A DNA stretch of 32,000 bases from Microcystis aeruginosa NIES-843 (GCF_000010625.1 NC_010296.1:2610001-2642000); one strand, 5' to 3'; counted from the first letter of the stretch, positions 1 through 8,755 are shown. Numbers and translations: made by a program. The notes: generated from the sequence alone by a model not told the origin.

Positions 1-1
1 T

Positions 2-640
2 AAAGAAAAGCCAGAGTCAATCCAGGTATGGTTTTGGGACGGGGCTTTCAAGGTGGCGACGCAGGTTCGCCACACAGCCCCTCATGAGTGTGGATTTAGT
101 TTGAGAGTAATAAGAAGGAGAGCTTGGACAAAAAAAGGAAAGCGAAAAAAAGTGAATGGACAAAGAAAAAGAGGAAGGGTGAATGTGATGGGAGCCTTAA
201 GATATAATGACAAAAAACGAGTCTGTTTTATGATCAAAAAAGGAAATTCAGAAACTTTCCATGAACAATTAAAGAAACTTCATGAAGAGATTCGTCAAGA
301 ATGGATAAACTTGGGAAATCTGCCCGAAGATTTTCGAGAAAAAGGACCGAAAATTATCATCATATTAGACAATGCTAGTTATCACAAAAAGAAAGATGTT
401 ATTGAGCAGGTGGAAAAAGAGTTGCCCAATATTAGGCTAGAGTTTTTACCAGCTTATAGTCCAGATTACAACCTAATAGAATTAGTGTGGCATTCCGCTA
501 AAGAGTACATAGCTAATCGAGAATTTGAAAATAAAGAAGAACTGGAAAAAGTAGTCAATCAGCTTTTAAATGAAGGGGGATTGATTATTAAATGGAGTAG
601 AAAACTTAAAAATAAGGGTAATGCTGTCAATGTAACTTAA
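2..640 (+). pseudogene. IS630-family DDE transposase, C-terminal part, with a 45-nt in-frame insertion between the catalytic D and E
   Basis: VWFWD[GAFKVATQVRHTAPH]ECGFSLRV, ILDNASYHKK and LPAYSPDYNLIELVWHSAKEY are IS630/Tc1-mariner hallmarks. The N-terminus lies outside the window. Confidence 0.7.
41..85. repeat. 45-nt hairpin mini-element inserted in frame in the IS630 transposase
   Basis: GGGGCT-ttcaag-GTGGCGA-cgcaggt-TCGCCAC-ac-AGCCCC-tcat. Deleting it restores the canonical WDECGF motif. A related copy lies at 26605-26656. Confidence 0.7.
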
Positions 641-655
641 ATGCGTAAAAGCTTA

Positions 656-1310
656 CCATCATGTCCATCTCCTAAACAAATTAAAGGTTCAGCCAAAACT
701 TGAGAATTAACCAAATCTAATAAAGCCGAGTTATCTTGAAAAAAGGCCGCTACCCCCAGTTGATGAAAACTCACTGCTTTATAATCACGCCAAATCAAGG
801 CTTTTCCCTTGGCAGTTCTTAGTCGTACCTTACCGCCATCTATGCTCATTTCTTCCACTTCGACTTCTGGGTTAGACGGTAATTCTTCAAAAGCATAGCG
901 ATGCACGAGGCGTTGTTGGGTACTGTGAGAAACAGCAATCCCTGTCAATGATTTGATTTTCTGCGCCGATTTCTCGTAGGATTCATCGCCACTTAATAAC
1001 AAACAGTTCTTCTCTAACATTGGACTCATCTGAGTCCGAGGCTTTACTTCTAACTTCTTCGCTTGTTTTTCTGTAATTGGTAATTCCCCCAAAATACTTT
1101 TCACTTTTCTCGTCCGACCGGCGGTTTCTTCTGTGCTTGTTTTGACAAAAAAATACCGATTTCTGGGTTGACATAATGAATCATTAAATCTCTGACTGTC
1201 TCCTCTATCTCTCCCAAGTTATTAAATTTCTTAATTGGGGATTGCTCATAGAGACATTGCCCTAACTCTTGACATAACTCTTTAATTCTTTTTTCATTTT
1301 CTGATAACAT
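656..1310 (-). pseudogene. ISKra4-family transposase, frameshifted and 3'-truncated
   Basis: ORFs 1101-1310 and 637-1104 join into one frame if the A7 run at 1147-1153 (T7 on the coding strand) were one nt longer, giving ...NPEIGIFFVKTSTEETAGRTRKVKSILGELPITEKQ.... SIDGGKVRLR...WRDYK...GDGHDG resembles ISKra4-type transposases. The C-terminus is cut at 655/656. Confidence 0.6.
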
Positions 1311-1453
1311 TGAATTATTCCTCCTATCGAGCCATATTCTGAATTGTAAGCTATAACTATTATAATCTCATTTCTCTTTGTGATCAAGTTGAAGATTTTC
1401 TAGTTGTTGACGGCTATAAGCATTAATACTCATTGCATAAGTGAGATGCTCCC
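656..1453 (-). mobile_element. ISKra4-like IS remnant (5' end intact, 3' part removed by the IS630 insertion)
   Basis: The terminal repeat GTGAGATGCTCCC sits at 1441-1453. The same terminus forms both ends of the MITE at 4407-4588. The transposase reads away from this end. Confidence 0.65.
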
Positions 1454-2497
1454 TCTAACTATGGGGGTATAGAACAAAGATGGTTGCTAGTTGAAAGTCA
1501 AGCTAGACAAGAATCAGACTTGAAAAAATTAGAGAAAAAAATCGAGCAGGAAAAGAATTCTGCCCAAGAAAAAATCCGGCAACTATCCCGAAGAGAATTT
1601 GAGAATAGAGCGGTGGCGTTGGCGATAGCCAAAGGATTATCTGACTCCTTAAAATCTCATCAGTTAACGGAGATTAAAGTCAATCTCATTCCGCCTGAGT
1701 CCCAGGGGTCAAAACTCAAATCAAAAGACGATTTACCCTCTCAAAGCTATCAAGTTCAAGCCGAATTAGAGTTGAATTTGGCAGCGATTGAGAGGCTAAA
1801 GAAACGAGCAGGACGATTCGTTTTAGCAACTAACGATTTGGAGAAAAAACGATTGAGCAGTGAGGATATACTCAAAAAATATAAGGGGCAACAAGCTCCA
1901 GAAAGAGGATTTTCTTTTCTCAAAGACCCCTGCTTTTTTGCTGACAGTGTCTTTCTCAAATCTCCCCATAGAATCGAGGTCATGGCCATGCTCATGGGCT
2001 TGTGCCTGCTGGTTTATACTATTGGTCAAAGACAACTTCGTTTAAGTTTAAAACAGCAGGAGACGGGACTGAAAAATCAGTTGGGTAAGTTAACTGACCG
2101 ACCGACGTTACGCTGGATATTTCAGGGCTTTCAAGGGATTCATCTCGTCCGTATTCAAGACAATCAAAAGATTAGCAACTTAACGGATGAGAGGCGCAAC
2201 ATTTTGAGATTTTTCCCCAAACCTTGCCAGGAATATTATCTCTTATCTTGACCAGATGGATTGACTTCAAGGGGTGACAAAACAAAGCGAGCAACTGGAA
2301 CATCTCCCCCTAGATGTTAAGTCTGATTGCCTAGTCATTCTCAACAAGCACTGTTTATTGAGAATGACCGGGGGAACTCTGAAATTTTCGGCTTAGTTGC
2401 CGGCAGCTTGCCGCCAACTCACTCCTCTAGATAAGTATTTTGACTCACGCCCCTTCCTCTTTTGAGACGTTGTGACACTTAGGGTGCGGAATGTGGG
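1454..2497 (+). mobile_element. IS1634-like (IS4 superfamily) IS remnant, right-hand part
   Basis: The 5'-truncated transposase is followed by the terminal repeat AGGGTGCGGAATGTGGG at 2481-2497. That repeat is identical to the termini of the MITE at 12326-12605. Confidence 0.65.
1457..2251 (+). pseudogene. IS1634/IS4-family transposase, C-terminal fragment
   Basis: The frame is open from 1457 (..GIEQRWLLVESQARQESDLKKLEKKI..RFVLATNDL..ILKKYKGQQAPERGFSFLKDP..) with no N-terminal half. It is cut by the ISKra4-like end at 1453. Confidence 0.65.
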
Positions 2498-3263
2498 ATA
2501 AAAGATATGAAGGAGTTTGCCTGGTTTGTTTATCTTCTCGCAGTTTGATGAACTTTTTCTGCACGGACTGCATAACTGACTCCAGATCTGGAGGCCAAAC
2601 CTCTGTATCTTTTAATGAGTTCAATTCATTTAATAGTTCTCGTGAAAATATACCCGTTTGTTCGTCGCCTTTATTAATCGCATATTCTCCCGGATTAGCC
2701 GCCAGCATGACCATTTGTTGTTGACTTGGCAAATGTTTACCGATAGGGGGAAGATCGTCAGGTGGAGTTATCTTTAATAATTGGGAATTAGCGCAAGCAT
2801 CGAAGATTAGTAACTGCTGAGGTAAATTTTTATATAAATCGGTCTGCATAGCATTAAGCTGGGCAGTTAAATTAAGGTTCTTCAAGTCCTCAATTGTCGC
2901 ATCGGCATAAATCAATCGACGATCGCCTTGAGGGACGATCCAACCGTGTCCCGACCAAAACAAGAAAAACAAGCTTGCTGTTTTTTTTCTCGCTTCCTCG
3001 CGCAGAGCTTTATTGACTATATCTTTGGTCGCTTCTAAGGGTTTACTGTTGATCAGACTGGTAATCTCGTCAACGATTCCAGTATTGCGATCGAGTGGAG
3101 ATGCGAAAACCGAAATATTTTCAGGAGGCACATTGCGATATCGTAACCATTGACAGAACCGATAAACATCATTGACCGGACCGTTCAAATCCGGAATAGC
3201 ATTAGAATCGGCATACCTTTCAATGCCGACCAGAATAGCTTGCGTTGTCGATGGTTCAGCCAT
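2445..3263 (-). CDS. Stand-alone caspase/metacaspase-fold (peptidase C14-like) protein, 3' end replaced by IS terminus
   Basis: AILVGIERY..LNGPVNDV (first strand/helix), FFLFWSGHGW (catalytic His) and LLIFDACANS (catalytic Cys). The last 17 codons plus the stop (2445-2497) are IS1634-like terminal-repeat sequence. Confidence 0.75.
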   Translation of the reverse strand: MAEPSTTQAILVGIERYADSNAIPDLNGPVNDVYRFCQWLRYRNVPPENISVFASPLDRNTGIVDEITSLINSKPLEATKDIVNKALREEARKKTASLFFLFWSGHGWIVPQGDRRLIYADATIEDLKNLNLTAQLNAMQTDLYKNLPQQLLIFDACANSQLLKITPPDDLPPIGKHLPSQQQMVMLAANPGEYAINKGDEQTGIFSRELLNELNSLKDTEVWPPDLESVMQSVQKKFIKLREDKQTRQTPSYLLSHIPHPKCHNVSKEEGA

Positions 3264-4419
3264 TAACTATCTTCTCCATCTTCTGCCAAACGGCATCCCA
3301 AACCTTGTCATTATTCCAATATGCACCGTGAGACTCGGGGAACGGTTGTTTACTGTCGATTTCCACATCTTCTATCTTTCCAGGGAATATTTTCTCATCC
3401 ACATAACTGAGGAAATCGTTGCGATCATAAATATTTAACCAATCGGGGAAAGTATCCGGCAGCTTGGCATTGGGATTATATTCCATCCCCACCAAAGCAT
3501 TCAGTTCATAAAGAATAGGAGATTGAGAACCGATCGTCACCAACAAAGCCACTTGTGGTAATTGTTGTTCTAATAGCAAATCGACGGCAATAATACCACC
3601 CAAACTATGGGCGATTAATACGGTGGGATATTCCAGACGTTCAACGGTTGTGCGAACAAAGTCTCTAAGCTTTTGTCCCCTTGCTTGATACATCAAAATA
3701 TCTCCCAAAGTGCCACTATATTCTTCCGTGAATCCATTTCGCTTTCTTTGGAGATTATTCTGAATAATACGCCTGATCGTACCAGAAATCATCTCTTTTA
3801 TGCCGGACAAAACTCCTTTTTCCGTACCCCCTAATTCCGCCGCTATTTGCTCGACAATTTGATCTCGTAATCCCCCATTAACCGATAAGGCGAATTCGCC
3901 ATAGTTATCCCTTACCAAAATAGCACTCTGGGCTACCAGCGCACGGGCGATCGCTATGCGGTATTCTCCTAATGGTTCCGTGGCGGATTCGATCGCTTTT
4001 TGATAATCGCTTTCGTTGACGATAATGGATTGGGATTGACTAAAAAACTGGCCAATGCCAGCCTGATCGAGCATTTCTTGCAGATTAGAGGATGGATTTA
4101 AGGCTCGAACCCGATTATCCAAATCCTCGCCTAGCTTTTCCCCAAAAACAGCCCCTTTGTCCTCGGAACTTATGGTTAGGATTTGCAGTTCGATGAGTGG
4201 ATCCTGATATAGTAACTCCCATAAACCCAGAACGTAGTCTTCATCAGTTAAATCGGTTTCTGAGGCTTTTTTTTGATCCGACACTGGAATAGATAGTCCC
4301 CCAGCATTTAACGTTGTGCCGAGGGAACCACCCCAGTAACACTTTTGAAAACGCAAATTTTCATTGCGTTCTTTCAATTTTCGGATAATGATACTAAAAG
4401 TTTTGCGGGAGCATCTCAC
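3256..4419 (-). CDS. Alpha/beta-hydrolase (serine esterase/lipase-like) with long helical N-terminal region; 5' end probably disrupted by MITE
   Basis: Nucleophile elbow VLIAHSLGG, with candidate acid NIYDRNDF and His PESHGAYW. Its stop overlaps the downstream caspase-like start by 8 nt. The only start is a GTG (4419) inside the MITE terminal repeat, directly after a TAA. Confidence 0.7.
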   Translation of the reverse strand: MRCSRKTFSIIIRKLKERNENLRFQKCYWGGSLGTTLNAGGLSIPVSDQKKASETDLTDEDYVLGLWELLYQDPLIELQILTISSEDKGAVFGEKLGEDLDNRVRALNPSSNLQEMLDQAGIGQFFSQSQSIIVNESDYQKAIESATEPLGEYRIAIARALVAQSAILVRDNYGEFALSVNGGLRDQIVEQIAAELGGTEKGVLSGIKEMISGTIRRIIQNNLQRKRNGFTEEYSGTLGDILMYQARGQKLRDFVRTTVERLEYPTVLIAHSLGGIIAVDLLLEQQLPQVALLVTIGSQSPILYELNALVGMEYNPNAKLPDTFPDWLNIYDRNDFLSYVDEKIFPGKIEDVEIDSKQPFPESHGAYWNNDKVWDAVWQKMEKIVNG

Positions 4420-4588
4420 TTACGCGATAAGTAATTATACTTAGCCTAAAAGCCACTCTTAATCGTGTCTTGGAACGAAATAGAGGCTTTTAAAGACTGC
4501 GTACATGGAGAATTAAAACAAGAATTACCCTCGAAAAGCCTATTTTTCCACTAAGTATTTATGCTCATTGCAAAGGTGAGATGCTCCC
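4407..4588. mobile_element. 182-bp MITE with ISKra4-like termini
   Basis: Terminal inverted repeats are GGGAGCATCTCAC (4407-4419) and GTGAGATGCTCCC (4576-4588). The right ~40 nt matches the IS end at 1414-1453 (CATTGCA.A.GTGAGATGCTCCC). There is no ORF and no recognisable TSD. Confidence 0.75.
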
Positions 4589-5487
4589 TGTCAAATGCGG
4601 TTAATGCTACCATCAATCCCGACGAAGCAATTGGACAAGTAATTATTACTGACACCCTACAAAGCAGCATTACTAGAACCTTACCCAATAATGTGGAAAA
4701 CCTCAGACTAATTGGCAGTAATAATATTAATGGTACGGGTAACGCTGGTGACAATAAAATCACCGGAAATAGCGGTAACAATATCCTCGCTGGTGCTAAT
4801 GGTAACGATATTTACTGTTTCAATGCTTCAACCCCATTAGGAAGCGATACCATCCAAGAAACTACCACTGGTGGTATCGATACCCTCGACTTTACTGGGA
4901 CAAATACCGCAGTAAGAGTTAACTTGGGGACTACTGCTGTCCAAACCGCCGTCACCAATAATCTAAAATTGACTTTTTCGGCAAATAACACCATCGAAAA
5001 TATTATTAGCGATAGCGGTAATGACCGACTAACCGGGAATAGCCTTAATAATACTCTAACTGGTGGTGGTGGCAACGATCAATTAACCGGTCAAAACGGA
5101 AACGATAGGTTAATTGGTGGTTTTGGTGATGATTTACTTACTGGTGGTAATGGTAGCGATAATTTTATCTTCAATAGTAGTAATTTAGGCATCGATGCCA
5201 TCAGCGATTTCACTTCGGGCAGTGATAAAATAGTATTAAGTAAAGCCATCTTTACTGCCTTACAAAGTATCATTGGCAATGGCTTCAGTCAACCGGCTGA
5301 ATTTGCCAGCGTCGCTGACGATGATTTAGTCGCCACTAGCAGCGCTTTTATCGTTTACAGTAACAGCAGTGGCAGTATTTACTACAATCAAAATGGTAGT
5401 GCTGCTGGTTTAGGAAGTGGCTCTGAATTTGCCAATTTGTTGACTGTTCCTACCCTGATAGCGGCTGATTTCGCACTGATAAATTAA
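4561..5487 (+). pseudogene. RTX / hemolysin-type calcium-binding repeat protein, C-terminal fragment
   Basis: Nonapeptide GGxGxD repeats are present (GNSGNNILAGANGND; GGGGNDQLTGQNGNDRLIGGFGDDLLTGGNGSDNFIF), as is VENLRLIG. The first 28 nt of the ORF are MITE sequence, so the native N-terminus is missing. Confidence 0.65.
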
Positions 5488-5491
5488 CCTT

Positions 5492-5637
5492 ACCACAGAA
5501 ATCGATACCATTCGAGCCTCGGTTAATTTGACTTTAGGAGCCAATGTCGAGAATTTAATGCAGCCACCGACGCAATTATCGAAATCACTGGATTAACAGG
5601 AACTCTCGATATTGCTGATTTTATAGTTGTACCCTGA
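5492..5637 (+). pseudogene. Further RTX-type gene debris in two frames
   Basis: TTEIDTIRASVNLTLGANVENL... then, in another frame, ...ATDAIIEITGLTGTLDIADFIVVP*. This resembles the repeat-flanking and C-terminal segments of the upstream fragment. Confidence 0.4.
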
Positions 5638-5787
5638 ATCATCCCACAGTTTTATATTTTCTTTAGAGATGGACTGTCCTAAAACCTGCTCAGAGCGGCC
5701 AAAAGTCAGAAAATAGAAATAAAGGTGCGATTGGAGAACTTGAGCCGCGATCGCACCCGTCAGCCGCCATTGGAGAAAGATAAAGTT

Positions 5788-7473
5788 ATGGCAGATAACT
5801 ACAGAAGTCGCATTGTTACCCAAGGTACCCAACGCAGTCCTAATCGGGCCATGTTAAGAGCGGTAGGTTTTGGGGATGAGGACTTTAGCAAACCAATCAT
5901 CGGCATCGCTAACGGATTTAGCACCATTACCCCCTGTAACATGGGAATTAATGATTTAGCAATGCGTGCCGAAGCAGCCACGAGATTAGCGGGGGGAATG
6001 CCGCAACTTTTCGGGACTATCACCATTAGTGACGGGATTTCCATGGGAACAGAAGGGATGAAATATTCTCTCGTTTCTAGGGAAGTAATCGCCGATTCCA
6101 TTGAAACCGTCTGTAATGGTCAAAGTCTCGATGGAGTCCTCGCTATCGGGGGTTGTGACAAAAATATGCCGGGGGCAATGATTGCCATGGCCCGGATGAA
6201 TATTCCCGCTATTTTCGTCTATGGTGGCACGATTAAACCGGGGCGCTACAAAGATTGCGATTTAACCGTGGTCAGTTCCTTTGAAGCCGTGGGACAGTAC
6301 AGCGCCGGTAAAATCAGTGAAGAAGACCTCATCGGAATTGAACGCAACGCTTGCCCCGGTGCTGGTTCCTGTGGTGGAATGTTTACTGCTAATACCATGT
6401 CTTCCATTTTTGAAGCCATGGGGATGAGTTTACCCTATTCCTCAACCATGGCCGCCGAAGATGCGGAAAAAGCCGATAGTACCGAAGAATCGGCCAAGGT
6501 TTTGGTCGAGGCGGTTAGAAAACAGATTCTCCCTAGCCAAATTTTGACCCGTAAAGCCTTTGAAAACGCCATTTCGGTAATTATGGCGGTGGGAGGTTCC
6601 ACTAACGCTGTGCTGCACCTTTTAGCCATTTCCCGCACCATCGGGGTAGAATTATCGATCGATGATTTTGAAACCATCCGCCAGCGTGTACCGGTTATCT
6701 GCGATCTTAAACCCTCCGGGCGTTACGTTACCGTGGATCTGCACAAAGCCGGCGGTATTCCCCAAGTGATGAAAATTCTCCTGGTTAATGGTTTACTGCA
6801 CGGGGATGCCCTCACCATTAGCGGTCAGACTATCGCCGAGATTTTAGCCGATATTCCCGACCAACCGCCCTCAGGCCAAGATGTTATCCGTCCTTTTAGC
6901 AATCCTGTCTATAAAGAGGGTCATTTAGCCATTTTAAAAGGAAATCTGGCCACAGAGGGGGCCGTGGCCAAAATTAGCGGCGTGAAAACTCCGGTAATCA
7001 CCGGACCGGCGCGGGTGTTTGAATCGGAAGAAACCTGTTTAGAGGCAATTTTAGCCGGAAAAATTCAAGCCGGGGATGTGGTGGTTGTCCGTTACGAGGG
7101 ACCAGTAGGCGGACCGGGTATGCGGGAAATGTTGGCCCCCACTTCGGCAATTATCGGCGCCGGTTTAGGGGATTCCGTGGGATTAATTACCGATGGTCGT
7201 TTTTCCGGGGGAACCTACGGCATGGTGGTCGGTCACGTCGCTCCAGAAGCGGCGGTGGGTGGTACAATTGCCCTAGTAGAGGAGGGGGATCAAATCACTA
7301 TTGATGCTCGTCAGCGTCTCTTGAGTTTAAATGTATCGGAAGAAGAATTAACCCGTCGTCGTAACCATTGGCAACCGCGCCCCCCACGCTATAAAACGGG
7401 AATTCTCGGCAAATTCGCCAAGTTAGTCTCCTCTAGCAGTCTCGGCGCTTTAACGGATCTGAATCTGTTCTAA
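5788..7473 (+). CDS. ilvD: Dihydroxy-acid dehydratase
   Basis: [28 protein letters not shown]..., CDKNMPG and the full-length IlvD/Edd pattern. The ATG at 5788 is preferred over the upstream in-frame start of the ORF track. Confidence 0.95.
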   Translation: MADNYRSRIVTQGTQRSPNRAMLRAVGFGDEDFSKPIIGIANGFSTITPCNMGINDLAMRAEAATRLAGGMPQLFGTITISDGISMGTEGMKYSLVSREVIADSIETVCNGQSLDGVLAIGGCDKNMPGAMIAMARMNIPAIFVYGGTIKPGRYKDCDLTVVSSFEAVGQYSAGKISEEDLIGIERNACPGAGSCGGMFTANTMSSIFEAMGMSLPYSSTMAAEDAEKADSTEESAKVLVEAVRKQILPSQILTRKAFENAISVIMAVGGSTNAVLHLLAISRTIGVELSIDDFETIRQRVPVICDLKPSGRYVTVDLHKAGGIPQVMKILLVNGLLHGDALTISGQTIAEILADIPDQPPSGQDVIRPFSNPVYKEGHLAILKGNLATEGAVAKISGVKTPVITGPARVFESEETCLEAILAGKIQAGDVVVVRYEGPVGGPGMREMLAPTSAIIGAGLGDSVGLITDGRFSGGTYGMVVGHVAPEAAVGGTIALVEEGDQITIDARQRLLSLNVSEEELTRRRNHWQPRPPRYKTGILGKFAKLVSSSSLGALTDLNLF

Positions 7474-7481
7474 AAGTATAA

Positions 7482-7600
7482 CTAGGGTTTGCTGAAAAAG
7501 CTTTTCCTGGGGGCAGGGTGTGGGGTGTGGGGTGTGGGGTGTAGGGTTTTACCGATTTTCAGGTGGTCAACTACCTAATTTTCAGGGAAAAAGCACCCAC
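7482..7600. repeat. Dispersed intergenic element, copy 1 (CTAGGGTTTGCTGAAA...GGGTGTAGGGTTTTA..ATTTTCAGGGAAAAAG)
   Basis: It starts 9 nt after the ilvD stop. The same head and tail motifs recur at 8682-8755, and a related GCTTGCTGAAAAAG head occurs at 14306. Confidence 0.7.
7516..7547. repeat. Heptamer tandem repeat GGGTGTG x ~4.5
   Basis: gggtgtg gggtgtg gggtgtg gggtgta gggt, read directly. The second copy of the element at 8708-8720 has only one to two units. Confidence 0.9.
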
Positions 7601-7683
7601 TGCCCACCGAACAATCCCACTGATAACTGATAAGACTGACGGCTCTAATTAAGTAGGTGGGTGGAATTAAATATAAGATGAAC

Positions 7684-7748
7684 GTAGGTTGGGTTGAAGC
7701 ATGAAACCCAACCCCCGCATGGGTTACGCTACCGCTAACCCATCCTAC
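7684..7748. repeat. Imperfect palindromic element GTAGGTTGGGTT...AACCCATCCTAC
   Basis: The 12-nt arms at 7684-7695 and 7737-7748 are complementary with 1 mismatch. A related perfect palindrome GTAGGGTTGATTCATGAATCAACCCTAC lies at 13150-13177. Confidence 0.7.
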
Positions 7749-7787
7749 AAATAATTGTGCCTCCCTACTTACTATCGATTAATCACT

Positions 7788-8648
7788 ATGACCTATCTAC
7801 TCACTGTCTATCGAGCGCTCGAATGCCGTCCGGATAGCTATCGGGACTGGTATGACCAAGGCAATATTTTAAAAGAAAGAATGGACTATTTTGGAGCCTT
7901 AATCAGCTACGAAAAAGCCTTAGAATATTATCCAGATGATTATTGGGCATGGTACAAAAGGGGTATGATACTAGAAGACTTGGGAATGTATGAAGAAGCG
8001 GCTCAAAGTTATGCTAACGCCGCACAGGTAAAGGATGATAACTATTGGGCTTGGTACGACCAAGGTTGTGTTTATCTACAGGAATTAAAGGACTACGAAA
8101 AAGCGATCGCTTGTTTTCAACGGGCCCTAAGTCATAGTCCGGGGGACTATTGGGCAGCCTACCGGCAAGGGGAGGCCTATCGATTGCTGAAAAATTACGA
8201 ACGCGCTATCACTTTCTATGATCTGGCCTTGGGGGCGCGACCCCGGGATTATTGGGCCTGGTATCGTCGCGGCGACGCTTTCCGGGATTGGGGCAATCCC
8301 CAAGAGGCTTTATTTAATTATCGTACCGCCCTCGATATCCGACCGCAAGATTACTGGTCCTGGTATCAACAGGGTGTGATCTTACAGGAATTACAGCGTT
8401 TACCAGAAGCGATCGCCTGTTATGAAGAATCGTTAAAAATCGATCAAGATGATCGCTATGCGTGGTATAATGCCGCCTGCTGTTATGCCGCCCTCGGTCA
8501 ACAAGAAAAAGCGATCGACTGTTTACGGGAAGCTCTAGACATAGAACCGGATATATGTGGCGAATTAGTGCGTAATAACTTTGTTTTCGATGGTTTAAGG
8601 CAAAATGAAACCTTTAATGACCTCTTGAGTTGCTATTCCCCCGGCTAA
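7788..8648 (+). CDS. Tetratricopeptide-repeat protein with (D/N)YWAWY signature in each repeat
   Basis: There are seven to eight 34-aa units (PDDYWAWYKRGMIL, DDNYWAWYDQGCVY, PRDYWAWYRRGDAF ...). The ATG at 7788 is preferred over the TTG at 7755. Confidence 0.85.
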   Translation: MTYLLTVYRALECRPDSYRDWYDQGNILKERMDYFGALISYEKALEYYPDDYWAWYKRGMILEDLGMYEEAAQSYANAAQVKDDNYWAWYDQGCVYLQELKDYEKAIACFQRALSHSPGDYWAAYRQGEAYRLLKNYERAITFYDLALGARPRDYWAWYRRGDAFRDWGNPQEALFNYRTALDIRPQDYWSWYQQGVILQELQRLPEAIACYEESLKIDQDDRYAWYNAACCYAALGQQEKAIDCLREALDIEPDICGELVRNNFVFDGLRQNETFNDLLSCYSPG

Positions 8649-8681
8649 AATCTTTTTGACTCGATCGCCTCGATTCAGCAC

Positions 8682-8755
8682 CTAGGGTTTGCTGAAAGGG
8701 TTTGTCGTGGGGTGTAGGGTTTTAGGCATTTTCAGGGAAAAAGTGCCTAAATTTT
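8682..8755. repeat. Dispersed intergenic element, copy 2
   Basis: CTAGGGTTTGCTGAAAGGG...GGGGTGTAGGGTTTTAGGCATTTTCAGGGAAAAAGTGCCTAAA, including an 8-bp stem TTTAGGCA/TGCCTAAA. It starts 34 nt after the TPR stop. Confidence 0.7.

Larger units (their letters stand above)
1..655 (+). mobile_element. IS630-family insertion sequence, right-hand ~650 bp (left end outside window)
   Basis: The transposase frame is open from nt 2. The IS sequence ends at a TA (654-655), exactly where the opposite-strand ISKra4-like transposase frame is cut off after ...GDGHDG. Confidence 0.75.

Noticed and set aside
1756-2045. ORFs 1756-1995 (-), 1823-2035 (-) and 1860-2045 (+) within the IS1634-like transposase fragment; likewise 2491-2724 and 3172-3438 (+) opposite the caspase and hydrolase genes, and 4551-4781, 4812-5075, 5091-5279 (-) opposite the RTX fragment
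   Set aside because: These are shadow frames of recognisable coding sequence.
5799-6677. Minus-strand ORFs 5799-6101 and 6435-6677 (100 and 80 aa), and 5593-5832 overlapping the ilvD start region
   Set aside because: They are antisense to a full-length, well-recognised ilvD. Their composition is low-complexity and Ala/Ser/Met-rich, typical of shadow frames.
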